In this document: piece by piece, positions 52,614 to 53,662 of the stretch
Numbering within the stretch: the first letter of the stretch is position 1
Layout: every line of letters begins with the position of its first letter
DNA from: Actinomycetota bacterium
GTDB taxonomy: Bacteria; Actinomycetota; UBA4738
Direction: 5' to 3'
DNA: 53,662 nucleotides
NCBI GenBank assembly: GCA_036721725.1
Contig: DAIMKN010000001.1
Location: 1 to 53,662 of the forward strand
Notes under the pieces: model-generated
The model's input: the letters and a program-made list of their open reading frames with translations, nothing else
What the model was told of the DNA's origin: nothing
The model's database searches: none
Translations under genes and position numbers: made by a program

Positions 52614-52904
52614 GTGACCAGGAACCCGACCCGCCGGCTCACGGCCATCTCGGCAGAGGTGGCCACGCTTCGTTCGGAGCTCGCCGTCCTGGCCGAACAG
52701 GAGGGCTTCCAGCGCGACGTCACGGAGGAGGCCCGGATCCGGGCGCTGGTGGCCGAGACACCGCTGGCGGAGCGAGAGCTTCGGGAGGCCGAGGACGACC
52801 TGCGACGGATCGAACGCGTTCGCCATGAGGCGGCCGGCCGGGTGGATACGCTCCGGGTCGAACAGGACCGCCTGCTCGCCGAGATGGCCGGCCATCCGGT
52901 GTGA
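52614..52904 (+). CDS. Hypothetical coiled-coil protein
   Basis: In frame within ORF 52578..52904. GGAGG (52603-52607) lies 6 nt upstream of GTG 52614. The heptad-like charged sequence is LRSELAVLAEQEGF...ERELREAEDDLRRIERVRHE. I recognised no family. Confidence 0.45.
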   Translation: MTRNPTRRLTAISAEVATLRSELAVLAEQEGFQRDVTEEARIRALVAETPLAERELREAEDDLRRIERVRHEAAGRVDTLRVEQDRLLAEMAGHPV

Positions 52905-53087
52905 GGCGCTCGCGCGGCCAAGGAAGATGGGCCCAAGCCTGCCCCTGGCCCGGCGTCGTATACCGGAATGACTCCGTCGTCGCGAGGGGGAAAGGGGCAG
53001 TTCGGCACCCCCCCAACTGGCTCTCAGGCCCGGAGTGTGGTACACGACACCCGTACACATGTGAGAGTTCGAAGGGAGGGAAGCGGT

Positions 53088-53662
53088 TTGCGTAACAACA
53101 GAACCGTCCTGCGCGTCATGGCAACCGTCGCCGTTTTGGCACTGGTGGCCGCCGCGTGCAGCAAGAAGAGCGTCACGGCGACGACCCCGCCTTCAGGTCC
53201 TACCTCCGGCGGAGCGAAGCCCGAGGTGGACATCGCGTTCTTCGGGGCACTGTCCGGCGACTACAAGCTCCTGGTGATCCACGGCTTCCAGGCGGCGCAG
53301 CTGGCGTTCGATCAGGCCAATGCCGCAGGGGATCTCCCGGTCAAGGTCGTGGTGGTTCCCGAAGACACCCAGGGGAGCGGCGATCAGGCGACACCGCTCG
53401 TGGACAAGGTCGTGAACGACTCCAAGTTCGTCGGGGTCATCGGGCCTGCCTTCTCGGGCGAGTCCGCGGCGGTGGGCGACCGGCTCGATCAGGCCGGCCT
53501 GCCGTTCATCACGCCGTCGGCGACCGACGACGCGCTGTCCACCCACGGGTGGACGCACTGGTTCCGCGGCGTGGGCGACAACAGCGACGAGGCCAAGCCG
53601 GCCGGTCAGTACATCGAGAACGTCCTCAAGCCGAACTGCACGTTCGTGGCGAGCGACGGATC
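53088..53662 (+). CDS. ABC transporter substrate-binding lipoprotein (LivK-like branched-chain amino acid type), 3' end off window
   Basis: My own translation; the frame is open at the window edge. GGGAGGG lies 7 nt upstream of TTG 53088. Start of the protein: LRNNRTVLRVMATVAVLALVAAACSKK, a lipobox-like signal. It continues DIAFFGALSGDYKLLVIHGFQAAQLAFDQANAAGDLPVKVVVVPEDTQG...VIGPAFSGES...GLPFITPSAT, typical of Leu/Ile/Val-binding proteins. Confidence 0.75.
   Translation, partial: MRNNRTVLRVMATVAVLALVAAACSKKSVTATTPPSGPTSGGAKPEVDIAFFGALSGDYKLLVIHGFQAAQLAFDQANAAGDLPVKVVVVPEDTQGSGDQATPLVDKVVNDSKFVGVIGPAFSGESAAVGDRLDQAGLPFITPSATDDALSTHGWTHWFRGVGDNSDEAKPAGQYIENVLKPNCTFVASDG

Noticed and set aside
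53193-53558. A 121-aa minus-strand ORF at the right end.
   Set aside because: It is antisense to the clearly recognisable LivK-like binding-protein gene that runs off the window.

Overview
This is a high-GC (about 70%) chromosomal segment of actinobacterial type, and most of it is conserved core genome. All product calls come from motifs I recognised in the translations; no database search was possible. Start codons were chosen from Shine-Dalgarno spacing, 4-nt start/stop overlaps and homolog N-termini, so they are approximate.

**Gene content, left to right**
- Minus strand: a 3'-truncated zinc-ribbon/class III nucleotide cyclase/AAA ATPase regulator, a DUF402 protein and a ribbon-helix-helix (RHH) protein.
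- A perfect LexA (SOS) box sits on the start codon of an error-prone polymerase operon, dnaE2-dinB. DUF3040 and MerR genes follow.
- Minus strand: a MoxR ATPase / DUF58 / transglutaminase operon.
- An HNH endonuclease, followed by a lower-GC YrhB/Imm35-like ORF.
- A complete dcw cell-wall/division cluster: mraZ-rsmH-ftsL-ftsI-murE-murF-mraY-murD-ftsW-murG-murC-ftsQ-ftsZ, then pgeF-yggS-sepF-yggT-divIVA.
- ileS on the minus strand with a T-box leader, then DUF167, a DksA/TraR-like protein, lspA, rluD and a GH5 lipoprotein.
- A Cas4-like Fe-S PD-(D/E)XK nuclease divergent from dnaE1.
- A lone hisA/priA, a secreted protein with an OmpR-type two-component system, trpCBA, dodecin, tRNA-Leu(CAA), a small coiled-coil protein, and the 5' part of an amino-acid ABC-transporter binding lipoprotein.

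I found no CRISPR array, transposase, integrase or prophage.

**Most unusual observations**
1. The word CGAAC(G)/(C)GTTCG is strikingly over-represented across the window, in both coding and non-coding DNA.
2. The RHH-DUF402(-cyclase/ATPase) unit has toxin-antitoxin-like architecture and shares the SOS-box intergenic region with dnaE2-dinB.
3. A 7-codon relay mini-ORF, created by a 20-bp tandem duplication, links dnaE2 to dinB.
4. A likely horizontally acquired Imm35-like gene sits behind a conserved HNH nuclease, just upstream of the dcw promoter.
5. An unlisted 38-codon membrane-peptide ORF with a strong Shine-Dalgarno (SD) sequence lies between mraZ and rsmH.

I see no clear-cut novel multi-gene system such as a defence island. 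The findings are scored accordingly.
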